Positions 17,053 to 26,997 of a stretch of 61,530 nucleotides of DNA are shown in pieces. The DNA is taken from positions 1-61,530 of the forward strand of contig CAAGHY010000062.1 of NCBI GenBank assembly GCA_900769735.1, in the 5' to 3' direction. Under the pieces are notes generated by a model. The model was given only the letters and a program-made list of their open reading frames with translations, had not been told where the DNA came from and did not search any database. The stretch's first letter is position 1; the number at the start of each line of letters is the position of its first letter. Origin of the DNA: Rikenellaceae bacterium (GTDB lineage Bacteria > Bacteroidota > Bacteroidia > Bacteroidales > UBA932). The position numbers and the translations under genes were made by a program.

Positions 17053-17691
17053 CACAAGATCCTCCAATCCCAATTTAGGAACAAAGTGCACCCCATCCTT
17101 GCGGTAATAGGTCTGGCTCTCACCCTCCTTAACCTTGGTAAGCTGAATGTTCTCCGCACCTTTGCCAATGGCAAGGACGAGAACAGGCTCATGCTGCAAT
17201 GAGAACTCCTCAGTTACCTCATTCTTGTTGAATGCACCAATGCAGATACCGTTAAGTCCCATCTCAACAGCCTTAAGGAGCATACTTTGCGCCGCAATAC
17301 CCAAATCAATATCAACCCATTTGTTCTCCGCTGCAGTTGAGCAAATGATAATGAATGCTGAAGGTTCAGTACCAGGGAACGGAAGGTTAAGCTCAGGAAG
17401 AGCTCCCGCCCATTTGGTATACTTCTGCAATCTTGGAGCATCTTCACCTGCTACAAGTTTGAATCTGAGCACCTGCTGGTTCTTTGCACTTGGCACCTTT
17501 GTACAAACCTCCACAATCTGTTTCAGTTCATCCAAAGTTACAACCCTTGAAGGGTCAAATCCGCGGTAACTCCTGTTTTTCAACAACAGTGAATTGAGGC
17601 TCAAATTACCGTTAGCGGCCTTATGTTTGGTTCCACCCGCCTTTGCAGAGTGGAACTCCTCAAATTTCTTCTCAAGATAATTGTCTGCCAT
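17047..17691 (-). CDS. Nitroreductase-family oxidoreductase
   Basis: 214 aa with the RSYRGF motif and a nitroreductase-fold pattern. Convergent with the MBL gene, overlapping it by 6 nt. Confidence 0.85.
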   Translation of the reverse strand: MADNYLEKKFEEFHSAKAGGTKHKAANGNLSLNSLLLKNRSYRGFDPSRVVTLDELKQIVEVCTKVPSAKNQQVLRFKLVAGEDAPRLQKYTKWAGALPELNLPFPGTEPSAFIIICSTAAENKWVDIDLGIAAQSMLLKAVEMGLNGICIGAFNKNEVTEEFSLQHEPVLVLAIGKGAENIQLTKVKEGESQTYYRKDGVHFVPKLGLEDLVL

Positions 17692-17713
17692 AAGAATAGA
17701 TTTAATATCCAGA

Positions 17714-17721
17714 CAAATATA
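17714..17721 (-). promoter_or_regulatory. -7 box TATATTTG for the nitroreductase gene
   Basis: A TAnnTTTG match on the minus strand lies 23 nt upstream of the ATG at 17691. Confidence 0.45.
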
Positions 17722-17761
17722 AAAAAATTACTATAAATATACTGTCTGCAATATAAAGAGA

Positions 17762-17794
17762 TCCCCGGTCCGCACGAAATATGCAAACCGGGGA
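17762..17794 (-). terminator. Terminator of the C25/TonB four-gene operon
   Basis: TCCCCGGT pairs with ACCGGGGA as an 8-bp stem. On the minus strand it is followed by TCTCTTTATATT. Confidence 0.55.
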
Positions 17795-17820
17795 CTTTCA
17801 TATCTGCTCCGCAGGGCACC

Positions 17821-19377
17821 TTAGAAAGTTATTCCTACAGAGAAATCTGTATAAACTCTGTTATCAAACATTTTGTCACCAGGAGAACAGTTCTGGCAGT
17901 TCACCTTTACAAACAACGATGTTGCCTTGCTCACAAGGGTTGAAAAGGTTATCTCTGCACCATATTTTATGTAGTTTGATGACATATATTTAATGTCATT
18001 TGCATACATCTCCTTAACTGTATCAGAGTCTGAATATGAACCTGAGTATGTATACTCTCCCTCAAGGTTGGCGTTGTAGCCAATGTTCAAACCTGCAAGC
18101 AACGAGCTTTTGCCTGTCAAATTAACATTCTCCTTTACATAAATGTTGGCAAACAAATTCTCAGCTTTCAATGATGAAGCAGGAAGCAGGTACTGGTCAA
18201 ACTTGTTTGAATACTGCACATCCAAACCGGCTTTCCATTTGTAACCGGCATCTTCTTTAAAATACAGCTCATAGTTCAAATCAGCTGTTTTGTATGCGTA
18301 TTTGCTTCTCACGTGTTTTGCAAGGGTAATCCACTCTGCCACCTCAAATGAAGAGTCAAGCTCCTGGATATACTCAATACCGTCTGTATTTCGGTCTGCA
18401 TATTTAACGGTAAGCTTATGCATTGCAGCATCATTCTCTTTAAGCAACTGAGCAGAAACATTCCATTTGTTCTGTACTGTTGAACCCATAGTCTGTTTCT
18501 TGGTTGGTGTCTGGAATGCATCCTCCACTTTATATGAATAGTCTGCATCAACCAAAGCGGAGAAGCCGTTGCCATTGTTGAAGCCGTACTGCATACCGCC
18601 GCCAATTTTGTTGCCCTTGTAGAAGAAAGTACCAACTCCTACAGTACCTGAAACCACATCTGAGGTATAGTTGCCCAAACCTCTCATAATGTATACAGGG
18701 TAATCAATCTCCGTATCACTTCTGTTGAAGGTGCTTCTCTCATACAGATACTCATAATTGAATGAAAGTCCAAGGTTGCTGGTCTCTGAAAGCTCAAACA
18801 CCAATGATGGAGCCGCCTTTACTGTAAGGTAGTAGGTTACAGAGCGTGGATCCCTCTGTTTTGCACCTGTATTGGTATTGTACTGAAGCTCACAACCTGC
18901 AGTAAGGAAATCCCACATCTGGGGGAAAGCCACCTTAACACCCAAATCATAAGACTGTTTCTTGAATTTGCTGGCAACACCATCCGCCACATAATAAGGC
19001 ATATCCCTTTCAGGATCAAAGATGTTGGTAAGGAACTTCGTTTCTTTCTCCACAATATTCCTGTAATCAAAATTACCCCACAAATATGTCTTCCCGATAG
19101 CCGTTGCTCCATTTGTATTGAATCCCACAACACTCTCCTTCTCACCCTCCTGAGCCAACTTGAAATTGCCGCTCTCCATCTGAAAGCCCAAATCAACAAT
19201 ACTGTATTTCTCAACAGGGGTTACAGACATACCTGCAACATTGTTGCTGCCGAACCATAGGGCACGGCTCAGGTTCATCTCAATCTCAGGCTGTCTTACA
19301 ACGGAACTGCCCTGTGCCGCAGCCTGAACAGCTACAGACAAACCAATCAAACTCAATAATATATTTATCTTTCTCAT
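17821..19377 (-). CDS. Outer-membrane beta-barrel protein (DUF6850-like)
   Basis: Signal peptide ..VQAAAQ, alternating strand pattern, C-terminal ..VGITF. Last gene of the TonB operon. Confidence 0.7.
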   Translation of the reverse strand: MRKINILLSLIGLSVAVQAAAQGSSVVRQPEIEMNLSRALWFGSNNVAGMSVTPVEKYSIVDLGFQMESGNFKLAQEGEKESVVGFNTNGATAIGKTYLWGNFDYRNIVEKETKFLTNIFDPERDMPYYVADGVASKFKKQSYDLGVKVAFPQMWDFLTAGCELQYNTNTGAKQRDPRSVTYYLTVKAAPSLVFELSETSNLGLSFNYEYLYERSTFNRSDTEIDYPVYIMRGLGNYTSDVVSGTVGVGTFFYKGNKIGGGMQYGFNNGNGFSALVDADYSYKVEDAFQTPTKKQTMGSTVQNKWNVSAQLLKENDAAMHKLTVKYADRNTDGIEYIQELDSSFEVAEWITLAKHVRSKYAYKTADLNYELYFKEDAGYKWKAGLDVQYSNKFDQYLLPASSLKAENLFANIYVKENVNLTGKSSLLAGLNIGYNANLEGEYTYSGSYSDSDTVKEMYANDIKYMSSNYIKYGAEITFSTLVSKATSLFVKVNCQNCSPGDKMFDNRVYTDFSVGITF

Positions 19378-19403
19378 AATCTTTCAATATTTAAGTTTTA
19401 CAA

Positions 19404-20663
19404 TCAGTTTGCCCAGGTATTCCATTGAGGAATGCCAGCACCGTCCCTTCTTGGAAGAGGGGTATCGTGAATCTGGAAATCCTCAAGGCTGTTGTTTGTA
19501 TCCTGATAAATCACTCTGCCGTCTGCAGTTGTCTCCTTAATCTTTCTGCCAACACTTTTAGCAAGATAAGTTCCGCCTACCCAAGTTGCACCGGCATCAA
19601 GAAGGGCCGGCATACGTTTCTGGGTAATCTTGGTCTCATTAAGCATAAGCTCAACTGCATCCACAATATAATCCACGTGAACATCCTTACCCTTGGTTGT
19701 ATAACCGATTGGGGTTACCCAAGTTGAAGCATATACCTCCTCATAATTAGGCTCATACATAACAGACTGCATCTGCTCATCAGGGTAGAAGATTGCAAAA
19801 GCACCTCCGTTAACTGTTACCAGCCACCAGGAAGTGGTAAGTTTCCAGAATGCGCCAACCATATTGTGTGCAGGGTTGTCTTTTGTATAGGCAGTTGTCT
19901 GCAGATAGAACTCAAATTCCGCTCCGCTCAAATCTACAGGACAATCGGGATTAAGGTCTGCCGCCCTGTGGTCGTGGGCCATCTGTGCAATGATTACAGA
20001 CTCTCCCGGCTGAAGAGGATAGAGTTTGTTATCGGGATTATTACGGTCAAAAGGAATCTGCCAGATGGTTTGGAAATAGATGTAATTCTCCTGGTTCTCC
20101 CTGTCCCATACATATTTGATTGATGATGTACCTGCAGGGTTGATGTTACCAATACAAAGGCCATCCAGGTACTGTACTGTGTTGCTGTTGTTGTACAGCT
20201 CATAGTACTGGTCCCTGAAGTATGAGGTTTTACCGCCTATCTTGCTTCCGCAGTAATAGATCTCCTTAAAGATAATGTTACCCGATTTTGCCGCTGCCAT
20301 CTCAAGTTTCATCCTCTTGCCGTCCTCCACAACATTCACATTGGAAAGGTTGCCGTTGAAAATGTAAGTAAATCCGTTTGCCGAAGATTCACCCGAGACA
20401 GATACAGTATATATACCCGGAAGCACATCTTCAACAAGGATTGAATTGCCTGCCGGAACCTCCTTAACCATCTCAATATTCTCCGCATAATTGTTCAACT
20501 TCACCCTGTATGTTTCAGGTGCGGGAACATTTGCATCTTTTGCAAGGGTAATATCCACCCCAAAGGAGATATTCCCGACAGGTTGGACATCTCTTATCTC
20601 CTCAAACTGCCCGCAGGCACAAAAGGCCATAACTGCAGCCATAAACATAAATATCTTTTTCAT
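19404..20663 (-). CDS. Surface lipoprotein (DUF4876-like) with a lamin-tail-domain-like segment
   Basis: Lipobox AFCAC. IIFKEIYYCGS...YYELYNNSNTVQYLDGLCIG resembles the LTD motif (tentative, by eye). Confidence 0.7.
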   Translation of the reverse strand: MKKIFMFMAAVMAFCACGQFEEIRDVQPVGNISFGVDITLAKDANVPAPETYRVKLNNYAENIEMVKEVPAGNSILVEDVLPGIYTVSVSGESSANGFTYIFNGNLSNVNVVEDGKRMKLEMAAAKSGNIIFKEIYYCGSKIGGKTSYFRDQYYELYNNSNTVQYLDGLCIGNINPAGTSSIKYVWDRENQENYIYFQTIWQIPFDRNNPDNKLYPLQPGESVIIAQMAHDHRAADLNPDCPVDLSGAEFEFYLQTTAYTKDNPAHNMVGAFWKLTTSWWLVTVNGGAFAIFYPDEQMQSVMYEPNYEEVYASTWVTPIGYTTKGKDVHVDYIVDAVELMLNETKITQKRMPALLDAGATWVGGTYLAKSVGRKIKETTADGRVIYQDTNNSLEDFQIHDTPLPRRDGAGIPQWNTWAN

Positions 20664-20674
20664 CCGTTCTCCTC

Positions 20675-23572
20675 CTATCTGATGTTAAGTTTAAGGTCAA
20701 ATCCAAAGAATGTAGGAATACCAAGCTCTATGTATGATCCAGGATACATCTTCTTCTCATACAAAGGTCTTGTATTGAAGATATTGTTGGCAAAGAAAGA
20801 TGCTGTAAGCCAGTCTCCAATCTCTTTGGACACATTAAGGTTGAAAATCACATACGGATTGTATTTCTCCTTTATGAATCTTCTCTCATTTGGGGTGTCA
20901 AACAAGTTTGCAAACTCTGGAAGCTCCTTCATTGCAGGGTTGAAATCATAAATTCCACCTGCCTTGTAAGTTTGTCCTCCAAATTCAAAATCCTTGTAAG
21001 AGATGAATTTCTCAAACATTGTATCATTGCCGTATTCTGTCCAGGTTTTGGTAAACCAGTTTGCCTGTGCAGACAATGTGATTACAAAACCAACCTGAGG
21101 AATATTGTGTGTAAAACGGAAGGTAGTGTTGAACACCTCGTTGAAGCTGTGCTGCACACCTTTCTCATATACACCAATATGGTGCTCAAGGTTACCTGTT
21201 GATGAACTGTAAGAGTAGTTGTTGTTGAACTTCTCCACGTGCATATAGGCACCGTTAATGTTGATGCTGGTTCTGATTGCATCTATTCTGCCCAAATTAA
21301 GCTCATACTCAATACCTTTGTTTATGGTAGAAAGTGAGTTCATAGGGGTTGAGTGGTTTACAAACACATTGTGGATTTCATCAATCTCCAAAGTGTAGCG
21401 TCCGTCCCCATCCTTCTGCAGGTTCTTGTAAGTGATGTAAGGGATAAGGTGATAACCGTTGTAAAGGTCTGTACTCATTGAGTAACCGTCTTTGAGCTGC
21501 TCATAGTAACCTGTTACAGACAATCCCATCTTCTTCTGGTTGAACTTGAAGTCAAAACCAACCTCAGATTTGGTGTTTCTTGCAATTTTAAGGTCTGGAT
21601 TTGAAGTCTTGAAAGTTCTTACGGTACCCAAAAGAAGCTGCTGGTCTGCAGGAAGATTGGTGTCTCCCAAAGTATTGTAGTTCACAAACTCATAGTATGC
21701 ATCCTGCGGATACAGATACAACGATGTAGGCGCTTTTGCCAATACACCCCAACCTCCTCTAAGGTAAAGGCTCTCCGGTACAATCTCAAATGAAGCATTG
21801 AAACGTGGAGTAAGGATGCTCTTGTTGTTGATCTGGTCAAAACGGGCACCGGCTGTAAGCTTGAACTCATTCCTTCCAAACTCCTGGGAGAACACATCCT
21901 CTACATATACAGAAGTCTGGTTGATGAACGGAATGTCTCTGAAAGCCCTTGGACGGTAAGCGGATGAGCTGCTGTTGCTCTGTGGAGGGGTGGTTATATT
22001 GTAAACTGTACCCTTACCCAAGTTACCGTCAAGTTTGTAGTCTACACCCACAAGGATGCTGTTGCTTCCTTTCTCCCATCTCTTGTTGAAATGGGCCTTG
22101 ATTGATCCCTGGAAGTTAAGCTCCTTACCAAAGATGTCATATCTTGAGAAATAGCTGTATGGAAGGTATGTTCCATAGTAACCCTCCTCCCCTACAGGAA
22201 TATTGGTAATCTCATTGCCCTGTTTATCATAGATCTTCAAACCTGCAATACTTGAAAGGATTGCACCGTCTGTTGATGACATAAGGTATGGAGCGTATGC
22301 ATTTGAAAGAATGCCCTCCCTGTAAGACTGTTTGTCTGTATAAGAGAATGACAAAGTGTAGCTGAATCTCTTCAACCAGCCCAAATCAGGTGTTGCAAGT
22401 GATCCGTTGCTGTTGAATCTCAATCCTTTCTCCTCTGCACCGTATGCAATCTGGGAACGCTCATCATCAGGGTTCTTCTCACGGGTATCCCTACGGAATT
22501 TCAAATCCAATGAAGTGTTGGTTGTAAGGAGGTCAAAGAATGTTTTGGTCCACAATCCCCTTAGGTTAAATCTCTGGTAATACTGGTGGGCCATCTCCTG
22601 CTGACGGGCATCGTAAGCGTAGTCTCCACTGATTGAGAATGCACCACCATTCTTCCCCAACTGCATACCTTTGGATGCAGAAAGCGAGTATGTATATGGG
22701 TTAAGGTTGGCCTTTATTCTCAACGGCTCTTTACCGGCTTTGGTTTTGATGATCACCGCACCTGAAGTAAGGTCACCGTACTGTGCGGAAGGTATACCTC
22801 GGATAACCTCAACACTCTCAATGTTGTCTGTAGAGATACCGCGCAAGTCAACACCGGCTGCAGGTGTTGCACCAACACCCACATTTGCATTCTCGCCCTG
22901 CATTGTTGCAGACAGGAGCTGCATATTGGCATTGTTTGAAAGGGCAGCTCCGTCCATAATGATGGCTGTACCCAAACTGTTCATATTTGCGTGGGCATCA
23001 TCAGTGGCTGTTGTTGCACTACGGGATGTTCCGGTTGGGGCAATGGTTCTGATGTAAATGTTGTTTGCAACAGACATATTTGAGTTCTGAAGGCTTGCAC
23101 CGGGCAAAAGCTGCATAACATCCTTGATGGTAGATGCCTGCAAATGGTCTATAGCCTGTCTTGAGATATTTGAAGCGGTTGCTTCACCCGCCTTGCTCTG
23201 CTCGGCTAGAACAGTTACTTCATCCAACCTGAAGTTTGTCTCCTGCATTATGAAGTTGAACACATACTCCTTGCCTGCTGCCAGATTTACAAGGGTATCA
23301 ATAGTCTCCATCCCAATAAACTGTATGGAAAGTTTGGTTGCACCCGGCTCTATATTCTTAAGAATATATGTACCATCCATCTCTGTAGTGGTATATATAT
23401 CCTGCGGCAACAGATGCACAGTGGCAAAACCAACAGGTTCATCTACAGGGTCTGCCATTGTTACAGTTCCCCTGATCTGTGCATACTTTCCAGCCCCGTT
23501 GCCCTGCTGGGCAAAAACTGAAACCGGCAGCAACAGAAGAAGAATTGCTGTAAATAAATTCAGTCTACTCAT
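20675..23572 (-). CDS. TonB-dependent outer-membrane receptor with an N-terminal carboxypeptidase-regulatory-like domain
   Basis: 965 aa with a signal peptide, a CarbopepD_reg-like beta-sandwich (IRGTVTMADPVDEPVGFATVHL) and a plug (ESVEVIRGIPSAQYGDLTSGAVIIKTK). Confidence 0.9.
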   Translation of the reverse strand: MSRLNLFTAILLLLLPVSVFAQQGNGAGKYAQIRGTVTMADPVDEPVGFATVHLLPQDIYTTTEMDGTYILKNIEPGATKLSIQFIGMETIDTLVNLAAGKEYVFNFIMQETNFRLDEVTVLAEQSKAGEATASNISRQAIDHLQASTIKDVMQLLPGASLQNSNMSVANNIYIRTIAPTGTSRSATTATDDAHANMNSLGTAIIMDGAALSNNANMQLLSATMQGENANVGVGATPAAGVDLRGISTDNIESVEVIRGIPSAQYGDLTSGAVIIKTKAGKEPLRIKANLNPYTYSLSASKGMQLGKNGGAFSISGDYAYDARQQEMAHQYYQRFNLRGLWTKTFFDLLTTNTSLDLKFRRDTREKNPDDERSQIAYGAEEKGLRFNSNGSLATPDLGWLKRFSYTLSFSYTDKQSYREGILSNAYAPYLMSSTDGAILSSIAGLKIYDKQGNEITNIPVGEEGYYGTYLPYSYFSRYDIFGKELNFQGSIKAHFNKRWEKGSNSILVGVDYKLDGNLGKGTVYNITTPPQSNSSSSAYRPRAFRDIPFINQTSVYVEDVFSQEFGRNEFKLTAGARFDQINNKSILTPRFNASFEIVPESLYLRGGWGVLAKAPTSLYLYPQDAYYEFVNYNTLGDTNLPADQQLLLGTVRTFKTSNPDLKIARNTKSEVGFDFKFNQKKMGLSVTGYYEQLKDGYSMSTDLYNGYHLIPYITYKNLQKDGDGRYTLEIDEIHNVFVNHSTPMNSLSTINKGIEYELNLGRIDAIRTSININGAYMHVEKFNNNYSYSSSTGNLEHHIGVYEKGVQHSFNEVFNTTFRFTHNIPQVGFVITLSAQANWFTKTWTEYGNDTMFEKFISYKDFEFGGQTYKAGGIYDFNPAMKELPEFANLFDTPNERRFIKEKYNPYVIFNLNVSKEIGDWLTASFFANNIFNTRPLYEKKMYPGSYIELGIPTFFGFDLKLNIR

Positions 23573-23593
23573 TTCCTAAATCCTCAAGCAGGT

Positions 23594-25795
23594 TTATTTC
23601 AATCTGTTTATAGTTTTAAGAAGCTCATCTTTTGCAGCCTGGTCTTTCTCTGCATTGTAAAGTTCCTGGCACTGTGCAATAATATCCTCTTTTGCACTCG
23701 AATAAAGATACCATCCAAGAGCCTCAATTGCGGTAAGTCTCAACTCTGCATCCCCGGCAGTTTTTATTATGTGTACAAGCGGTGCAACAGCTTTTGGCTC
23801 ACAACCGTTTCTCCTTCCGCGTGCAAAGCTTCTCATCTCCTTAACTGACATTGAACCGTCCATTACAGAAGCAATCTCCTTTTCAATTGATTTGTCTGAG
23901 TTCTCCACAAGTTTCAAAAGTTTTGCAAACTCCTCTGCACCTCCCCAGTATGGAGTTGCATTGTTGCATTTCTCCAACTCTGCTACAATGTCAGCCCCAT
24001 TGTAACCTTTAAGATTACCTCTAAGCTGGAAGATCACACGGTCCGAAGTCATAGGATTCATAAGCCCTTTTGCTACAGCAGGTACAAGCTCCGGCGAATA
24101 GTTTTTGCCTGCATACATTGCTGCAAGACGCTGAGTAAGCTCATAATCATCCTGCAAACCAAGGATAATTGATTCAGGGAAGTTTGAATCCGCAATTTTT
24201 CTGATTGTGTTGAAAGCCTCAAGGCGCAACACTTTGCTGTTGCTGTTTTTCTGGATATCCAAAAGCTCCGCAGAAGTGATTGCGTTGTTGTTGTAAAGCA
24301 TCTGTATAGCCAAAGACTTGTAGTCACAAGCCAACTCATCCTCTACAGGTGCATACAAAACGCTTCTCCAGTATTTAACATCATTCTTCTTTGTAGTAAT
24401 GGCGTGGTTCACATCAAAGCCTTTTTTACCTGCAAAATGTGCAGGGATGTTCTGTGCACCAAACTCAAAGGTAGGGTCACCAATAAGGTGTGACTCCAAA
24501 GTAAGCTGGCCTTTTGCCCAGTTACCTGCAGAAACGCCCCAGTTAAGCAAGCCAATAAGCTCTGTTGTCCAGGTATCCTGAAGTGTGTTCACACTGTTTC
24601 CTTTAACCACAACAGTATTGCCAGGATTGAAGATATAGTGGCTGGCAATATAATCATCATTATTGAAGCTGCCATTATAGCAGGCATCAAGGATCACCAT
24701 TCTTGCGCCTGACTCATATCCCTCCAAATCAGAAATCACTATATCCATAGATGCAGCGTGAAGGCTGTCCTCCTTTGTCTTTACCGGATCTGTATAGTTG
24801 TCCAACCAGGACTCGGGAATATCAAAATTCTTCAGGAATCTATCTTTGGTTTTCTCCTTGTCCTTTGCAGAGCGCATTTTGCCTCTGAAATAGTTCTGGG
24901 CAAGGCTTATCCAACCTGCAGGGTCAGCCACAAAAGGAGAACCGTTCAAATACTGTGTATCCTCTGATCCGTGATGGTGAAGAACGGCCAAATCAATCTC
25001 TTTGTCAGCCACCGCAGACATAAGGCGGTTCTTTACATATTTGTCAAATGTAAAGTCTATATACTCCAGATTACCTTTCCTGCTGTTCAGGAACTGGAAC
25101 TGTTCAGAGAATGCAACGGCCTCATCTATACGGGCATTCATACTCTCAGAATTGTATCCGTGTCCGGCAAAATGAAGGATCTTGTCCATACCTGTCTTGC
25201 TCTGGTGTGCAGCAACAGCTTTCTGAAGGTATGCAGCAATCAGCTCATACTTGTTCTCCCCCTCAGGTGCCTTGATACGTGCTGTATATATATCACAGCA
25301 AAGTTCCTGTGCTCCACCTGGAAGAAGAGAATAATAGAAGAACAGTTTTTTGTCATCATCCTGTTTGATGAATTTGAACTCAAGGTCAAAATCATCATAG
25401 AAACGGTCTGAAGGGACTGACGAATCTTTGATGTCCATTTTCTGGTTCATCTTGAATGCAGTTGTAAAATGCTGTGCATCACGCAACATCGGGATTGGAA
25501 TATCACCAATGAACACTGCCCCTTCCAGATTCTGCGTCTTGTACATATTGTACAGATGAGCCTTGATTGAATCGGGATTGAACCATTTGTCCACCACAAG
25601 AACACCTTTCCTGTAGCTGTTACCGGTAGCTGCCACATAGGCATCCACCTGCTGCGGTATCTTCTCATAAGTTTTCTCATCTACAACCACTGCAAAGGTT
25701 GTCCCATTGTTTTTGTGAGCTTTTGCAAAAAGACTGCAGCTGAATCCTGCAAGCATCATAATGGCTGCCAAAGCCAGTTTGATCTGTTTTCTCAT
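23594..25795 (-). CDS. Gingipain-like (peptidase C25/caspase-fold) protein with C-terminal HEAT-like repeats; probable lipoprotein
   Basis: Signal/lipobox LAGFSC. GAVFIGDIPIP, HHHGSEDTQYLNG and VILDACYNGSF resemble the RgpB motifs GHGSETAW and VACVNGDF (catalytic His/Cys). The C-terminus RLTAIEALGWY is HEAT-like. Confidence 0.7.
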   Translation of the reverse strand: MRKQIKLALAAIMMLAGFSCSLFAKAHKNNGTTFAVVVDEKTYEKIPQQVDAYVAATGNSYRKGVLVVDKWFNPDSIKAHLYNMYKTQNLEGAVFIGDIPIPMLRDAQHFTTAFKMNQKMDIKDSSVPSDRFYDDFDLEFKFIKQDDDKKLFFYYSLLPGGAQELCCDIYTARIKAPEGENKYELIAAYLQKAVAAHQSKTGMDKILHFAGHGYNSESMNARIDEAVAFSEQFQFLNSRKGNLEYIDFTFDKYVKNRLMSAVADKEIDLAVLHHHGSEDTQYLNGSPFVADPAGWISLAQNYFRGKMRSAKDKEKTKDRFLKNFDIPESWLDNYTDPVKTKEDSLHAASMDIVISDLEGYESGARMVILDACYNGSFNNDDYIASHYIFNPGNTVVVKGNSVNTLQDTWTTELIGLLNWGVSAGNWAKGQLTLESHLIGDPTFEFGAQNIPAHFAGKKGFDVNHAITTKKNDVKYWRSVLYAPVEDELACDYKSLAIQMLYNNNAITSAELLDIQKNSNSKVLRLEAFNTIRKIADSNFPESIILGLQDDYELTQRLAAMYAGKNYSPELVPAVAKGLMNPMTSDRVIFQLRGNLKGYNGADIVAELEKCNNATPYWGGAEEFAKLLKLVENSDKSIEKEIASVMDGSMSVKEMRSFARGRRNGCEPKAVAPLVHIIKTAGDAELRLTAIEALGWYLYSSAKEDIIAQCQELYNAEKDQAAKDELLKTINRLK

Positions 25796-25963
25796 ATCAA
25801 TATCAATTATTTATTCCAAATGAAACTCCGCTAAAAAACGAGGTGCAAAACTAAATAAAAGTCTAACCCCACACATCACTAAAATCAGGTAATTGACAGC
25901 ATTCCCTCTTTGGGGAAGGAAGATTGGAATGAGGAAGAGAGGGAAGAGGATACAAAACAAAAA

Positions 25964-25985
25964 AGCCCTGCATTCCTGCAAGGCT
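25964..25985 (-). terminator. Terminator downstream of tRNA-Lys
   Basis: AGCCCTGCA pairs with TGCAAGGCT, a 9-bp stem with one wobble or mismatch. On the minus strand it is followed by TTTTTTGTTTTG. Confidence 0.55.
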
Positions 25986-25991
25986 TCTTCG

Positions 25992-26064
25992 TGATCCGCC
26001 TGGGGCTCGAACCCAGGACCCCAACATTAAAAGTGTTGTGCTCTACCTGCTGAGCTAGCGAATC
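25992..26064 (-). tRNA. tRNA-Lys (anticodon UUU)
   Basis: The minus strand GATTCGC-TA-GCTC-AGCAGGTA-GAGC-A-CAACA-CTTTTAA-TGTTG-GGGTC-CTGGG-TTCGAGC-CCCAG-GCGGATC-A folds as a full 73-nt cloverleaf. CCA is not encoded. Confidence 0.95.
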
Positions 26065-26080
26065 TCCCGTTTTGGGACTG

Positions 26081-26088
26081 CAAAAGTA
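26081..26088 (-). promoter_or_regulatory. -7 box TACTTTTG for tRNA-Lys
   Basis: A TAnnTTTG match on the minus strand lies 17 nt upstream of the tRNA 5' end. Confidence 0.5.
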
Positions 26089-26148
26089 CAACATTTTTTT
26101 TAAACGCCAAACTTTTCAGCCCAAAACTTCTAAAAAAACTTCATTTTT

Positions 26149-26991
26149 CTAAATTTCTTTAAGAATCGGATAGGTTGCCTCCCAGTCAGCAACCTTCACC
26201 TGAAACCGGTTATATGAGTAATCCACCTCAATTTCAATATCTTCCAGTGAAAGGCTGCCCATATCATATCCGTTTTCATATAAATATTCCCCAAGAGGCA
26301 CCTCTGTATCAATTTTCACCACCCCCAATGAGCCGTCGGGATTAAGATCCCTTATATAAAGTTTCAACAATACATTCTCAGTATCTGGCTGCCTCCATAT
26401 CCTGCTCCTGAAATGTGTGTAATAATCACCTTTTCCATATTCAACCGCATAGGAAACAACCGGTTTATAAAGGAATTCCTTTGATACATAGAATCCGGAA
26501 CTTGCACATATAATGGATACTTCAGCTTCATAATCGTTCCCTACCCATCCTTTCACAAATATATCTACAGTGGCAAACTCCTTCCCGGGAATAACCTTCA
26601 CATAAGAGTTCTCCCCTTTTGTACTTACAGTCCCTCCAAAGAAATAGAGAGAGTCCGCCCATACATCGGGAATCTTTTCAAAACAGGTGTCATATGAATA
26701 GTTCTCCTCTATATGGGTGGCATCTCTCATATTTCCCCACATAAAACACCTCACATCATCTGACCTTGGTACAAGAACTGTATATGGCTCCCCATAAGAA
26801 CGTCTGAATATGGTATCCTTGAAAAGCAGAGTACCGTCTTTGTCAAAAAGCCACATCTGCCACTCCTTGATGGATTTGTCCACTTCCTGCAAATCTACAA
26901 CAAGGTAATTGGGGCACCCGTCCCTGTCCTCCAGCACAGTACAGCCACCAAGGAACAATGCCCCCGCCACAAATGCATAAACAAGATTCAT
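26149..26991 (-). CDS. FimB/Mfa2-family type V pilus anchor/terminator subunit (lipoprotein)
   Basis: Lipobox FLGGC followed by a DRDGCPNYLVVDL-type N-terminus, typical of Mfa2-like proteins. 280 aa. Confidence 0.7.
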   Translation of the reverse strand: MNLVYAFVAGALFLGGCTVLEDRDGCPNYLVVDLQEVDKSIKEWQMWLFDKDGTLLFKDTIFRRSYGEPYTVLVPRSDDVRCFMWGNMRDATHIEENYSYDTCFEKIPDVWADSLYFFGGTVSTKGENSYVKVIPGKEFATVDIFVKGWVGNDYEAEVSIICASSGFYVSKEFLYKPVVSYAVEYGKGDYYTHFRSRIWRQPDTENVLLKLYIRDLNPDGSLGVVKIDTEVPLGEYLYENGYDMGSLSLEDIEIEVDYSYNRFQVKVADWEATYPILKEI

Positions 26992-26997
26992 ATCCGG

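Noticed and set aside
25912-25951. Polypurine tract (36 of 40 positions G/A, with 20 nt uninterrupted at 25931-25950) upstream of the C25/TonB operon
   Set aside because: It is short and has only partial mirror symmetry, so an H-DNA or triplex role is unsupported. It is probably a compositional accident of the spacer.
25885-26094. 69-aa minus-strand ORF in the ORF track
   Set aside because: It is read straight through tRNA-Lys(UUU) (25992-26064), its terminator and a purine-rich spacer. It is an artefact of the tRNA gene.
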